Shown piece after piece: positions 28,944 through 42,199 of a stretch of 64,000 nt of DNA (position 1 is the stretch's first letter; each line of letters begins with the position of its first letter). The stretch spans positions 24,862,001-24,926,000 of the forward strand of contig NC_043012.1 in assembly GCF_006345805.1 (NCBI RefSeq), written 5' to 3'. The stretch comes from Octopus sinensis (taxonomy: Eukaryota). Under the pieces are notes generated by a model. The model saw only the letters and a list, made by a program, of their open reading frames with translations, had not been told where the DNA came from and did no database searches. Made by a program: the position numbers and the translations under genes.

Positions 28944-29213
28944 TGAGAAAGAGAGAAAAGTGATTTAATATTTGTTTTAAATTTTGGCACAAGGCCAGCA
29001 ATTTCTGGGGGAGGAGGCATAACGATTACATCGACCCCAGTACGCAACTGGTACTTATTTTATCTACTCCTAAAGAATGAAAGCTGAAGTCGACCTCGGC
29101 GGAATTCGAACTCAGAATGTAGCGACAGACGAAATGCTGCGTGCTACAGATTCTGCCAGCTCGCTGCCTTAAGAGATGTGATTTAATATTGTTTCCAAGT
29201 TTTGGCACAAAGC
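28944..29213 (-). repeat. Inverted duplicate of 24715-25002 (SINE-B and both flanks)
   Basis: Shared flanking sequence on both sides (GCTTTGTGCCAAAACTTGGAAAC...; ...CTCTCTTTCTCACTTA) and shared variants such as GTCGACTTCAGC and TTAGGAGTAG. Confidence 0.8.
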
Positions 29214-29769
29214 TCGGGGGTGGAGAGAGATTAAGTCTATGACACCGACCCCAGTGGTCAATCGGTATTGGCTTTATCCATCACAAAAGGGATGAGAGGC
29301 AAAGTGGACCTCGACGGAATTTGAACACGAAATGTGATTTTAATATTGTGTGCTATTTTATCGACTCTCTGCCGGTTCTACTATCTCAAGAAGAAGAATC
29401 CATTGACTTGTATACAACCCAAGATTGAAACCTTCACCAATGTCTTCAACGCGTCCTCCATTTCCTCAGTAAAAAAATACATACGATTCTCCGTTTCTTT
29501 AAAATAGTTCTGTTTAATCATGTTTCGTTTTCAATTAAATGTTTTTTGCGGGTGTGTTTACACATGTATGTTTGTAAACGTGTGTGTGTGGGGGGGTTAA
29601 TTTTTGTATTTGCATTAATGTGTGTATATATGTGTGTAATTGTATATGTGTGCATAGACAAGTGCGCGTGAATGTATGTTTCCTTGCGTGAATGTATGTT
29701 TCCATATTTATTCCATATGGCATTTCATAAACACACGTGTGTATATATATATATATATGTATGTATATA

Positions 29770-29807
<38 letters not shown>

Positions 29808-29923
29808 GCACGCACACACATGATGCGACGGAGTCAGAGGCGGTCTGGCAATCTATATACTAGCAAACAATTTATTCATATATTTCTTCTGCCTATAAAC
29901 GAATATTTTTAGACGCTGTAAGC

Positions 29924-29955
<32 letters not shown>

Positions 29956-30796
29956 TAATAAGTGAAATTAAAATGAAATAAATAAAATAAAAATCCATGC
30001 CAAAAAAAATAAATCGAAAAAGTATAAAGGTAAAATAGAAAAAAAAATATGCCGCAGTCTTAGACATTTATTGTAACACCTCGCCGCAGGAATTAGTTCA
30101 TCCCTAAAGGACCCTAAAATAGCTATTTATGGAGATATTTACCAAAATGTTTACCATGTCTTGTATTTTTGTCCTCTTTATTGCTATATTTTATTCATCT
30201 AATAATTCTACATAACTACTTTTCTGTTGGCCATATTTCGTTAGATTATTATTATGATTATCATTATTATTATTATTATCACCATCGCCATTATTTTGCT
30301 GTGAAGACCGTACGCATCTTTACCACACACACACACACACATATACATATATTGATTTCTGACAACAATAATGAGTTAATTGGCGAGAAATGGTTGAAGA
30401 AAGGCGAGGATTCCTCCTTTCCCTTATCTACTGAAGATTAGTTACACTACGTGGTGCTAAACTTTATTTACCAATTTTCGGTTTCTACATTTAGCAACTT
30501 GGGATGGTGAAATCGTGAACATTGATATTTAAACTATTGTTGTTTAACCCCAGGTCAGCCTTGATCCAGCAGAGCCATGATCGAAGGCATTCTCCTCTTT
30601 TTTGTGTTTGGTTTGTATTTTGTTTTTCTTTTGTTTGAAAATCTCCCTGCTTTATCCCTTATGTTTCTAAGACGGTACAAAATAGCGATTTGAGAGATAC
30701 TTCGCTACAAATTTTAGCAGCACGAATGACCCTGTAGACATTCCATCCTTGGCTTCCCGATAAAAGGGTAAAGACCCCTCCCCCTTCGGTCATGAA

Positions 30797-32210
30797 TCGT
30801 TAGCACGCAGGGCGAAATGCTGAGCGGTATTTCGTCTGCCGCTACGTTCTGATTTCAAATTCCGCCGAGGTCGACTTTGCCTTTCATCCTTTCGGGGTCG
30901 ATTAAATAAGTACCAGTTACGCACTGGGGTCGATATAATCAACTTAATCAGTTTGTCTGTCCTTGTTTGTCTTCTCTATGCTTAGCCCCTTGTAAAGTAA
31001 AGAAATAGGTATTTCGCCCGTCGCTACGTTCTGAGTTCAAATTCCGTCGACGTCGACCTTGCCTTTCATCCTTTCAGGGTCAATAAATTAAAGTACCAGT
31101 TGCGTACTAGAGTCGATGTAATCTACTGGTCCCCCTCCCCCAAAATTTCGGACCTTGTGCCTAGAGTCGAAAAGAATATTCTTTTCGTAAGTATAAACAC
31201 ACAAAGGCGGCGAGCTGGCAGAAGCGTTAGCACGCCGGGCGAAATTCTTATCGGTATTTCGTCTGCCGCTACGTTCTGAGTTCAAATTCCGCCGAGGTCG
31301 ACTTTGCCTTTCATCCTTTCGGGGTCGATAAATTAAGTACCAGTTACGCACTGGGGTCGATGTAATCGACTTAATACCTATGTCTGTCCTTGTTTGTCTT
31401 CTCTGTGTTTAGCCCCATGTGGGTAGTAAAGAAATAAGTATAAACACACAAAACAGGTTTGGGATAGTTTGAAGTGCATCATAAGGTGTGAGTTGCAGTT
31501 TGGCCGGCAGTTTTGCTTGTTTTTACGCATTATGAATCTTAAACGATAACATGGATTGGTGGACTCATTAGAGCAACGAACAAAATTCCTGGAGATATTT
31601 CTTTCGGTCCCTTACGTTCCGATTCCAAATCTTGCAAATGTCAAATTTGAGGCTGTAGTTTCTTACGGGTTTTCACTTGTTCAGCTCAGATCCCACCGAA
31701 ACTTAATTTGCATTGTACCTATTCCCTAAGACGCTAGCTGGGCACTGGAGTCGACACAATCGACTCGCCCCATCCACCAAAATTTCAAGCCTTGTGACCA
31801 CAATAAAAAGAATTATTACAAGATCGCGAGATGGCAGAATCGTTAGCGCGTCAAACAAAATGCTTGGCGGCATTTCTTCTGGCTTAACGTTCTGAGTTCA
31901 AATGCCACCGAGATCGTCTTTGTCGTTCATCCATTAGAGGTCAATAAAAATAGATACCAGCTGAGTACTGGGGTCGATCAAATCGACTAGCCCCTTCCCT
32001 AAAATGACAGACCTTGTGCTAATAGAACGAATTACTTATTCCTTAATACGAAGACAGGATGGCAGAGTCGTTTTTGTTCCGACCTTTTCATATATTTGGA
32101 ATTCAAAAACCACTGACATCAACTTTGTGTTCCATCTTTTTGGGCTCAATACTAGGCACATACTGGAATGGATATATCCACCGTTCTCCTTCCCCAAAAT
32201 ATTGAGCTAG
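30797..32210 (+). mobile_element. Cluster of ~6 co-oriented SINE-B copies of different ages
   Basis: Copies start near 30797, 31007, 31206, 31590, 31820 and 32050. The 31206-31434 copy has an 18-bp TSD, TAAGTATAAACACACAAA (31188-31205 and 31435-31452). Confidence 0.85.
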
Positions 32211-32589
32211 CTATTATATGCATCAGCAATTACTCAGGGTAGACAGTTGGTGACCTCTATGTAGTAAAACACACAAAAAATAATTTAAACGCAAACGGGC
32301 GACTGAGTTGATGGCAGATTTATTTCTGCTTTTATAACACGTAAAGAAAACGGTATTGTGGGAGTGTACACAGCAGTATTATACGTAGCTTGAATACTCA
32401 GATTGAAAAGTAGGGGCGAAGTATGCCGACCTAATCTACCAAAAAATGAAACATTTTGTATTTTATGAATAGTAATCAGAGTAACCTTCATAATTTTATT
32501 GAATTAGGTGCCTATTTGCCATGAGAGGAAAATACTGCTAGCGATCTATTTTATTCAAGGTAGACAGTGCCTACCTAGGCTGCAGATCC

Positions 32590-32649
<60 letters not shown>

Positions 32650-32873
32650 AACTGTTTAATAATATATCATAAAATATACTCTCCGATTCTACCTGGGGTT
32701 AGTTCATCATTTTTCGGTCATTTGTTTGTATTTAAAAATTGTCGCTTCAAATCGGTAAATATATGTTATGATATTATAGAGTTATTATTATACTGTGAAT
32801 CTTCCATAGTAGTTTTCTATCCGTAACATGCAAGCCTTTCTGGTTTGTTAACAAATATTATATGTAGTGTATG

Positions 32874-32909
<36 letters not shown>

Positions 32910-32959
32910 TTTATTTAATTTGCTTTTGCGGGAAGGACTGTTTCAACGAAGTCATGTCT

Positions 32960-33215
32960 CGCCTTTACCTTCGAAACGCAGAGTAGATGAAGCAGAGGCA
33001 GCTGAAGAAGGGTAATGTTCCTTGTGTTGTATGTCTTGTACTCTATTTTTTCGTTGTTTAAGAAAAATGTCCAATTCCTTGGTTTTGTGTTTGTTTTCGT
33101 TTCTCATTGTGTTCGACGTTTTTTTGGTGTCCTGTGCCCATATATGCATGTATATATATATATATAGATGTAGGTACGTACATATATGTATGTATATATG
33201 CATATGTTTTATTTA
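32960..33215 (+). mobile_element. Relative of the 7050-7463 family, lacking an intact HHR
   Basis: TGTTGTATGTCTTGT...TTCGTTGTT...GTCCTGTGCCCATATATGCATGTAT aligns with the reverse complement of 7090-7230. Confidence 0.6.
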
Positions 33216-33879
33216 TTATTTTGTTATTATATATATGTACATATGGTGAGATTGTGGTTTCAATTCCTGGACCAGGTGGTGCGTTGTGTTCTTGAGCGAA
33301 AACACTTCATCTTGCGTTTCTTTGCGATTATTCGACACCTGGTACAAGGCATACCGTACACCTGTTCAGGCAATGTCGGTTTGATGGAGGGGGTGAGATA
33401 ACATGCAGCACTTACATGTAATCATTATGATTATACTGCCATACATACAGATGCATACATATACATACTATACGTATCTGCATACATACATAGATGTGTT
33501 TGTACGTGTATATTCATGTATACGTGTGTGTGTGAGTGTGTTAAAAAAAACACCCCCATATGGTGCTATTAAGTTAAGCATGACCTAGTCCAATAATGGC
33601 CGACACCCACAAATACATAAAATTAACGGTTATCTTCGTTGACTTCAGGAGGCGAAGAAACGAATATTGTTACAATCATACAATTTCCAACAGTATTAAT
33701 AGAAGTGAATCGTTTATAACCAGAAATTGAAACCGGTCTTTTGTTGTTCGCTCCATGCTCAAAATGCAGACTCTACTTACTGCCCGTTTACGTTCTGTAT
33801 TCAAAGCGCAATACAGTATAAACTTTCTTGCGCATTTCCTCCGTCTTCTTGAGGGCAATAAATTATTTCAAATTTAGGT

Positions 33880-34290
33880 ACTGGGCCAGCAGTGTTTTGA
33901 GAGGATGGGGTGTCAGTTACATCAACCTCAGCACTTGGCTGGTACTTGTTTTTATTGACTCTGAAAGGTAAAGTCGACCTCGATGGAATTTGAACTCAGA
34001 TCATAAAGACTGACGAAATGCCGCTAAGCATTTTACCCGGTGCGCTAACGATTCTTATTTCTTTATTGCCCACAAGAGGCTAAACAGAGAGGGGACAAAC
34101 AAGGTCAGACAAAGAGATTAAGTCGATTACATCGACCCCAGTGCGTAACTGGTACTTAATTTATCGACCCCGAAAGGCTGAAAGGCAAAGTCGACCTCGG
34201 CGGAATTTGAACTCAGAACGTAACGGCGGACGAAATGCCGCCTAGCATTTCGCCCGGTGCGCAAACGATTCTACCAGGGCACCGCCTTTG
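33880..34290 (-). mobile_element. Two adjacent/nested SINE-B copies
   Basis: Older copy ~33880-34055 and younger copy ~34056-34290. Confidence 0.8.
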
Positions 34291-35320
34291 GAGGCGATAA
34301 AGTGAATACCAGTCGAGTACTAAAGTTGATGTAATCGACTGTTCCCTCCAAGGCTGTGGCATTGTGCCGATGAAAAATTTAAAAAATAGACAAAAATCAA
34401 TATTTGGGGAAAATTAATATCTTACATAGAAACAAAACTTGTATTTCACAAAAATTGAAGCAGAAAAAACCTCTTTTCTCCTTTCTATATCACTGCAAGA
34501 AATGCTTCATTCTTATACTCAGCAGCAATTCTAATAAAGCCAGCAACCAACATGGGAATTGTTATGAATCATTTTGGTAAGTGGAGCGTGATTAAATTCT
34601 TTAATAGATTCATGTGCGTCGGAAACAAGTTCAATTTCCGTTCATTCCGTTGAAACTCGATGATCAACAACGTCCAATTCGGTTGACGTATTGAAATAGA
34701 AATTGAAAAACAAACTAGTGAAAGAAAATTTATCCATTACCGATATAAATAAATAAATAATGAAACAAGCGATTGTTTCCCGGTCATAGAAGAGAAGTTG
34801 CAACATTAGGGTTTCGTCTCAACGACAAACTGACCAATCAGCTGTCTGGATGTGAGTCACAACAAATGTATTCTGGTCGTGACACCTGTCAGAAAAGTTG
34901 TTACGAATTATTAATTCTAACACTATTCTCAGTTTTTCAGAATGTTTTCTAGTTCCACAAACAACAGACACGCTACATTTTCTTAGTTTCTCGTTGTTTG
35001 CATGGGACATCAGAAATAATGGCACAGTTTAATATAGACACGAAATAGCAGCAGATACGGATGGGATTTAGTCGTTATGTTTGAGAGAAAGTTGCAATGA
35101 CTATGAAAATACTATACTGTTTAAAAATTGGGCTTCCATATATAACTTGATGTTTAAGATAAAAATAAAAGATGGCCGCCCGTGAATAACAGCGCGCAAT
35201 ATAATAAGAATTTGCTACCTTAACTGGATAATATATTATGTTGTATAAGCCCAAATTGAACAAAGATATGTTCAAACGTAGTCCAGTTGTTCCCATCCAG
35301 TTTATTTTATCATCAGATAA

Positions 35321-35540
35321 CAGTCCACTCAGCTGGGAAAACTACGTTGTACCTGTAATTCACAAAGGAGCAGCCTTGTTTCATCCGAAGTCACGCTGAA
35401 TCTTCCTGAGAACTACGTTAAGGGTACTACGCGTGTCTGTAGAGTATTCAGCCAATTAAGCTTTAATTTCACGAGTAAGCTGCTCCGTTGATCGGATCGA
35501 CTGTAACCGTCGTCGTCGTCGTCGTAACCGACGGAGTGCC
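35321..35540 (+). mobile_element. SINE family C, 5'-truncated
   Basis: CAGTCCACTCAGCTG followed by tail C, ending GACGGAGTGCC. Confidence 0.75.
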
Positions 35541-35732
35541 ATACATATATTTTCAGATGAGAATATTTAAGACCACACACATACAAAGTATCCGTCGTTT
35601 GATTTATAAGAACTAGGGCGTGATTTGAGGGTGATTTTTTTTTTTAAATACTATTTCTAGCATTCGAGCACCCACTTGAAGTACTCTTATGTTATAATTG
35701 TAATTTACAGCCTTAAGGTTTGTTTACAAATT

Positions 35733-35783
<51 letters not shown>

Positions 35784-36052
35784 ATGTATATGTATATATG
35801 TATATGTGTATATGTATATATGTATAGTATATAATATATGTATATGTATATAATATATGTATATGTATATAATATGTATATATGTATAGTATATATATAT
35901 ATGTATATATGTATATATATATGTATATATGTATATATATATATGTATATATTATATGTATATATATATATATATATGTATATGTATATGTTATATGTAT
36001 ATATATATATGTTATGTATATATATATATGTATATATGTATATGTATATATG

Positions 36053-36083
<31 letters not shown>

Positions 36084-36204
36084 GTATATATGTATATTAT
36101 TGTATATATATATATATATGTATATATGTATATATATTGTATATATATATATATGTGTAATATATATATATACATATGTATATATATATATATAATACAC
36201 ACAC

Positions 36205-36256
<52 letters not shown>

Positions 36257-36289
36257 TATATATATATATATACACATATGTATATGCAT

Positions 36290-36324
<35 letters not shown>

Positions 36325-36329
36325 ATATA

Positions 36330-37132
36330 TAAATTATTAGAGAGTTATCCACTATGTGGATAACTCTAGTGCTAAAATAGGTCCGAAGCAACCACAGAAG
36401 ATCCGTTTCCAACTAGAATCAACACACATTTAACTGAAGGAAAGTGAAATACAACGAATAAAATAGATTGACTCTATACAATTGTTTCATTACTAATGCA
36501 ATATGTAGTTTTACTTACACTTGCATCCATAAATCTTCGGTAGAGTTTGTCAGAAATGCAGTTAATTAGATCGATTCGGGGGCGTCAAAAACACGAGCGG
36601 TCAACACCAATTACATTTTTAGTTATGTCAAAATTCCGCGCCAAAAGCATGCCTAGACTCCATTGGAAACGTATGCCGCATCAAATAAAATATTAACTGC
36701 CGCATGGTTAAATTTATAAAATTATAAATGAGGGTGAAAAATCGATATTAATTAATAATACCATCATTTTTTAACAACAAGTGGCTTAGCACAAAAAAAA
36801 TACGGAGAAAATACAAATTTATACATAATTATTAGAGAGTTATCCACTATGTGGATAACTCTAGTGCTAAAAATAGCTCCGAAGCAACCACAGAAGATCC
36901 GTTTCCAACTAGAATCAACACACATTTAAGAAGGAAAGTGAAATACAACGAATAAAATAGATTGACTCTATACAATGTTTCATTATAATGCAATATGTAG
37001 TTTTACTTACACTTGCATCCATAAATCTTCGGTAGAGTTTGTCAGAAATGCAATTAATTAGATCGATTCGGGCGTCAAAAACACGAGCGGTCCAACCAAT
37101 TACATTTTTAGTTATGTCTCAAATTCCGCGCC
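36330..37132 (-). repeat. 1.6-unit tandem of a ~495-bp HHR-bearing repeat (sister of the 47-50 kb array)
   Basis: The marker AATTATTAGAGAG recurs at 36332 and 36827. Shares the AGGGTGA...CAAGTGGC.TAG block, GAAACAATTGT and a terminal hairpin with the 532-bp unit. Confidence 0.85.
36471..36546 (-). ncRNA. Type I hammerhead variant (CCGAAGA core); second copy at 36965-37038
   Basis: ACTCTA-CCGAAGA-[long helix II]-GAAA-CAATTG-TA-TAGAGT: perfect 6-bp helix I, GUA triplet, U4C core change and a U-U pair at the helix II base. Confidence 0.6.
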
Positions 37133-37134
37133 GA

Positions 37135-37180
37135 ATGCTAGCATGGAAAGCGGACGCTAAACGATGATGATGATGATGAA
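37135..37180 (+). mobile_element. Very short LINE/SINE 3' end with (GAT)n tail
   Basis: GCTAGCATGGAAAGCGGACGCTAAAC(GAT)n abutting the truncated repeat; tail type as in the RTE copies. Confidence 0.5.
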
Positions 37181-37206
37181 GCAAATCTGTGGTATTGAGT
37201 AGAATA

Positions 37207-37605
37207 TCTTTAAATATAAAACTGAAGTTGTGTGTGTGTCTGTCTCCTACGATGTAGATTCCTAACTACTCCCACATTTTGCGGTGCAGTTTAACCAAAA
37301 CCGGGTATCTTATAGTCGTGATTCATATCGAGCCCTTCTGGGTATTAGCGCGCATCTACGATGAGTCTACGATTTAAAAAAAAAATTACCATCATTTTTT
37401 CCATTTTAATGCATTTTTTCGCTATTATATAAGGGAAGTAACGCTCTAAAAATGTCTACGATGAGTCAACGATTAAAAAAAAATTACCATCATTTTTTTC
37501 CCATTTTTAATGCATTTTTTTGCTATTTTTAGGCTATAACTCTCTAAAAATGCTTATATAGTTATTTCCCTTACAAACCCGAGCAACGCCGGGCGATACT
37601 GCTAG
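37207..37605 (+). mobile_element. Non-autonomous Helitron
   Basis: Begins TC after A and ends CTAG before T. Subterminal hairpin CCCGAGCAACGCCGGG; internal ~110-bp tandem duplication; no TSD seen. Confidence 0.85.
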
Positions 37606-39876
37606 TAATATATAAGTGTACGCCTCTTCGTGTTAGTTTCCCACTGAAAATTAAACCTCCAGCCTCGTTCCTGTTATATCGCAAGCGGTGCAGATTTAGC
37701 GATTAAACTGGCAACCATAACAAACTTACTTAGTGCTGAGTATGGTGATTTTGGACACTGCAAAACGCAAAAGCAAGACTTGTGAATGGGTAGATGAACT
37801 CGGCGGAAGCAGTAACCATTTAATAACGTGTTTATGTGAACATAAATAAATGTTTGTGTTTTGTAACATGTTTACCAGTGACATATCTAGTGTGTGTGAG
37901 TGTGCCGCCCGTGAATTTGTCGCCCCACCTCGGTTCCTATGCAGGAGACCCCAAAGTGCTGTCCTTATATAAGCGTCGGCCGGAGTGGGCCACTCCCCAT
38001 CCCACAACAAGTACGCTACTGATGTTTGCATTTCACTCAAATGAGACAAGCAAGAAATAAGTAACGTTCATCTCAACAACTTCAAAATTGCCAGAAGCAT
38101 GCCAACGGGGAAGAGTGGCGCAGGTGACCACATACTGTTTGCCCTGCATCGTGAACTAGAAACCATGATCCAGAACACACATCTGATATGGTGGTTTATG
38201 GTTTGGACCACACACCAAGTTCGATGGTACAGCAAGGTCTGCAGTCATCCATTTTGTCAACCATTTGCTTTCCCGTACAAGTTGTTTTGAATTTATCTTG
38301 CTGTTAGGCGTATTATGTGAGAACTCGAGAGCGAGTTCGATTGTGTACACAGCCCTTACGTTATAAACCCATGCGTTAGTTTAACATTTACGTATTTTTT
38401 ACTCTATTTTACTCGGCATTTTTTTTTCTCAGTAAAAAAATGAAAAACGAAAGGCAGAAGAAAGAAGAGAGAAAGGGATGTGCAAGGACAAAATTCCTGA
38501 CAATGGTGACCATGCGCACAGTATGACCACTGTGATAGACGAACCCCTAGTTGTAGTTACATTTAGGTGCTGGAAAAAAACTCCAAATCCAACGCCGCCC
38601 GTCGTCTTGCGAGTATGACTACGTGACAGAGGAACGAAAGATTTCGAGATATGTATCAAGCAGTCTCGTTGTCGTGGCTGGGATACCATACACATCTGCA
38701 ACAATGAAATCCGCCATTTCTGTTGTTTCAGGTAACCGAAGAAGTTGTAGAAGGAGCGGGAACATTTGCACTGTATAATTAATTATAGTTTCCGCTGATT
38801 ACTAATTACTGAAACTGCTTGGAATTATAGACGAGTGTCTTGCAATGGGAGGCTTGGCGTATCAAACACTTGTAGCAATGAAATACTGTCGCTTCCGTAG
38901 CATCGGTCAGACGGAAAGAATAGCATAGAGAGAAGCAGTTGTGATTCTCTGGTCCCTGTGGATACGTTGCATCCCCTGTTCGAATCGGTGTCTCTACTGG
39001 TCACCATAGGAGTGATACGGTAGCTTTATGCATATTCGTCTTCGTCCATCGCTATTTCTTCTCTATTTTATTTTTCTATATTTTGGAAACTGCAAGGTCA
39101 TCAGATTTCTTGAATAAACTATCATATATGCATTGTGTGTCTGTGTGTGCGCGCGGATGAATGGTAGAAAATGGACTGAACGACATTCTTTATTCAAAAT
39201 CCCTACAATTTTTTCTACACATCATTACATCCACAGTACGTTGATATGATACAATTAACACATTGCTTAATCACCATCCTCCATGAAAAAGTGTACGATG
39301 TGTTTCTTCGGGTGATTACTTTAAAGAAGCCTCTTCGTTAGATCATACAGTCATTTCACTTTGTATGAGAATGAATACTCAGAGCAGTGTGTTTATATAT
39401 GTGTATGCATGTCAGTGATGTTTCGTGTATGACTGCAAAGAATGCAATGTACGGGTAAGATTCATAAATAATTACAAATAGCAAATCAGATTTTCATATA
39501 AATCTTTCGTTTTTATGAGAGACAGCTGAAAAACGGGTACATGCATTCTATAGGTATCTTACTTCAACGTTGATGATGTGCGTGTGTGTTTAATTTACTT
39601 AAACACACAGACACATATAGTCTTTCTAGTAAGTTTATATGTGTGTGTGTGTGTGTGCATAGACACATTTTCAGCAACATCGTCATCAATTCCACTCTTT
39701 TATCTCATCTTCCTCCTGTCATCTTCCTCCTCTTTGTTTCTTCCCAATTATTATTCTTTGTTTCAATGATGGAGAACGGGGAAGGGAAGAAAGTGGTGCG
39801 GCACAGTGGTAAGTTCTTGGAAATTATCTTGTCTATCTTCTCCCTCTCCTGCCTTCCACTCTGGCTCTATCATCAA

Positions 39877-39943
<67 letters not shown>

Positions 39944-40135
39944 AGCTGTTAACTCAGCTTCCTCTCACTTTACTCTTTAATCCGGCAATTTAATCCGTCT
40001 TTACCATCTTTCCCAATTCCCGTCAATGTTAAAGCTGCCTCACTAATCCTCTCACGTTCCAGTCGTTTGTTTAGCCATACTTCTTTGCTTTTAATCACTT
40101 CTTCTCTGCTTTTCACACAAGACAACCCCTACCCC

Positions 40136-40214
<79 letters not shown>

Positions 40215-40798
40215 GTCTAACTACCACCTACTTCGCCCCCGATCCTACATTTTCACCACTTTTTCGTCTAGATTTATTATACTCTCACTGTTTATCTAGC
40301 TTTCTGTGAGCCTCTCTCTCTCTCTATTTCTCTCTCTCTCGCACACAGTCACACACTTCACCATAAACACCCACGTACACAACACAGTCACCCATATAGT
40401 CACATACACACACCCTCATACACACACACACACACATACACATACTCTCTACACACGTACGCAACACATTTCTTGTTAATCAACTTCGTTTCACTTTCGT
40501 TTTCTCTCTGCCTTCACTCTCTCTCTCTCTCTCTCTCCACGCACACACATACATACGCATTTTTCTACGCACACACACATACACACACACACACACATAC
40601 ACACATAAGTGTATATCTATACACACACCCGCAAAAACATTTCCTACTGATTAGCAAACACAAAATCAACAGTTTTTCTCTCTTCTCTCCAATTTCTCGG
40701 TTAATGATTCATCACTACCATTACATCTCTTGTTCTTTCTCTTCCCCATCTTCACTCTCTATTCCCCTTCTGTTTTCTCTCTTCCTCTATCACTCACT

Positions 40799-40835
<37 letters not shown>

Positions 40836-41066
40836 ACCTCCTCTCTCTATCCGTCCATCTCTGTCGCTCCATCCTATTTATCCACGTATCCATCTATCCA
40901 CCCTTCCATATATCCATCCACTCTATTTATCTGTCTCTCTGTCTATCTATCTGCCTACCTGTCTATCTCTCTGTCTAACTGTCTATCTCTCTGTCTATTT
41001 GTCTATCTACCTGTCTACCTACCTACCTACCTACCTACCTACCTACCTACCTACCTACCTACCTAC

Positions 41067-41124
<58 letters not shown>

Positions 41125-41129
41125 GTCTG

Positions 41130-41168
<39 letters not shown>

Positions 41169-41935
41169 GTCTATCTATCTACCTATCTATCTATCTGTCT
41201 ACCTGTCTATCTATCTGTCTATATCTCTCTCTTAAAATAATGCACGCGCCTGAACACAAGCGCCTTCTCTCTCTCTCTCTCTCTCACTCACTCTCTCTCT
41301 CTCACTCACTCTCTCTCTCTCTCACTCACACGCACACGCACACACAACCTAGTAACAGTTTACTGTGCTTTTCTCTCCGAGTCTCTTCACAAGAGTCGAT
41401 CCTTCTGTTACTCGAAGAGTAAACATTCCTAGTCCCGTAGAAACCTAAACTATCCTAACCTTTATTGCCTATCTACTGTACATCACCTAACAACGCGTTC
41501 GCACACATCTATTTAGACACGCACACACACACACACACAAACAGAGACGCAGAAACACAATAATAATCTCCCGTTCCCAAACCAGAGATTGCTACCTTGA
41601 GGCCATCCACTCTATCCATGCAGGAACTCTATGCCATTCTCCAAATTAATTAGTCGGCGATCAAGATGCCATAAACGGTTACTTAATGAGCTGCATGCCG
41701 TTTCTCTAAGTGGTTTTCTCACTCGGTTCAAACGTTACTCTCAACGAAAAGCGGCGGGCGGTGATAATACTAAGTTAAGAAGAGTTTCACTGTTGACAGC
41801 AATGAGTGACGTATGACATCGATGTTCTGTGGCGGCCATCAAATCGCTGCTGACCGCCCGGATGCTCTTTGCGCACGCACACAGCTCGACTTCTTCAGGG
41901 AAATACATACAGAGTTTCGGTGCATATAAATATAC

Positions 41936-41973
<38 letters not shown>

Positions 41974-42199
41974 TACCTCTGTGTATGTGTAAATATATAC
42001 ATGTGTATATACATAAAGATATAAAAATGTGTATGTTGTACGTATGTACTTGAGTGTGCGCGTGAGTATGTGTGAATGTATTAACATATATCATTTCACC
42101 TCTCTCTCTCTCTCTCTCTCACTGTGTGTGTATACATACATACTTATGTGTATGTGTACGAAAATTAAAACGAAAATGATCGAAAAATAGCAGTAACAT

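Noticed and set aside
32960-33015. Permuted (type II) HHR CCTTC-GAAACGCA...CTGAAGAAGGG
   Set aside because: C instead of U at position 16.1 and no helix I pairing.
36343-36362. DnaA-box-like TTATCCAC / TGTGGATAA
   Set aside because: Part of the hairpin in a eukaryotic repeat; no bacterial context, and the homologous hairpin in the sister family lacks it.
39766-39814. MMENGEGKKVVRHSG followed by GTAAGT; similar short candidates at ~4770-4835 and ~54219-54307
   Set aside because: Too short, no recognisable homology, and weak or absent acceptor sites.
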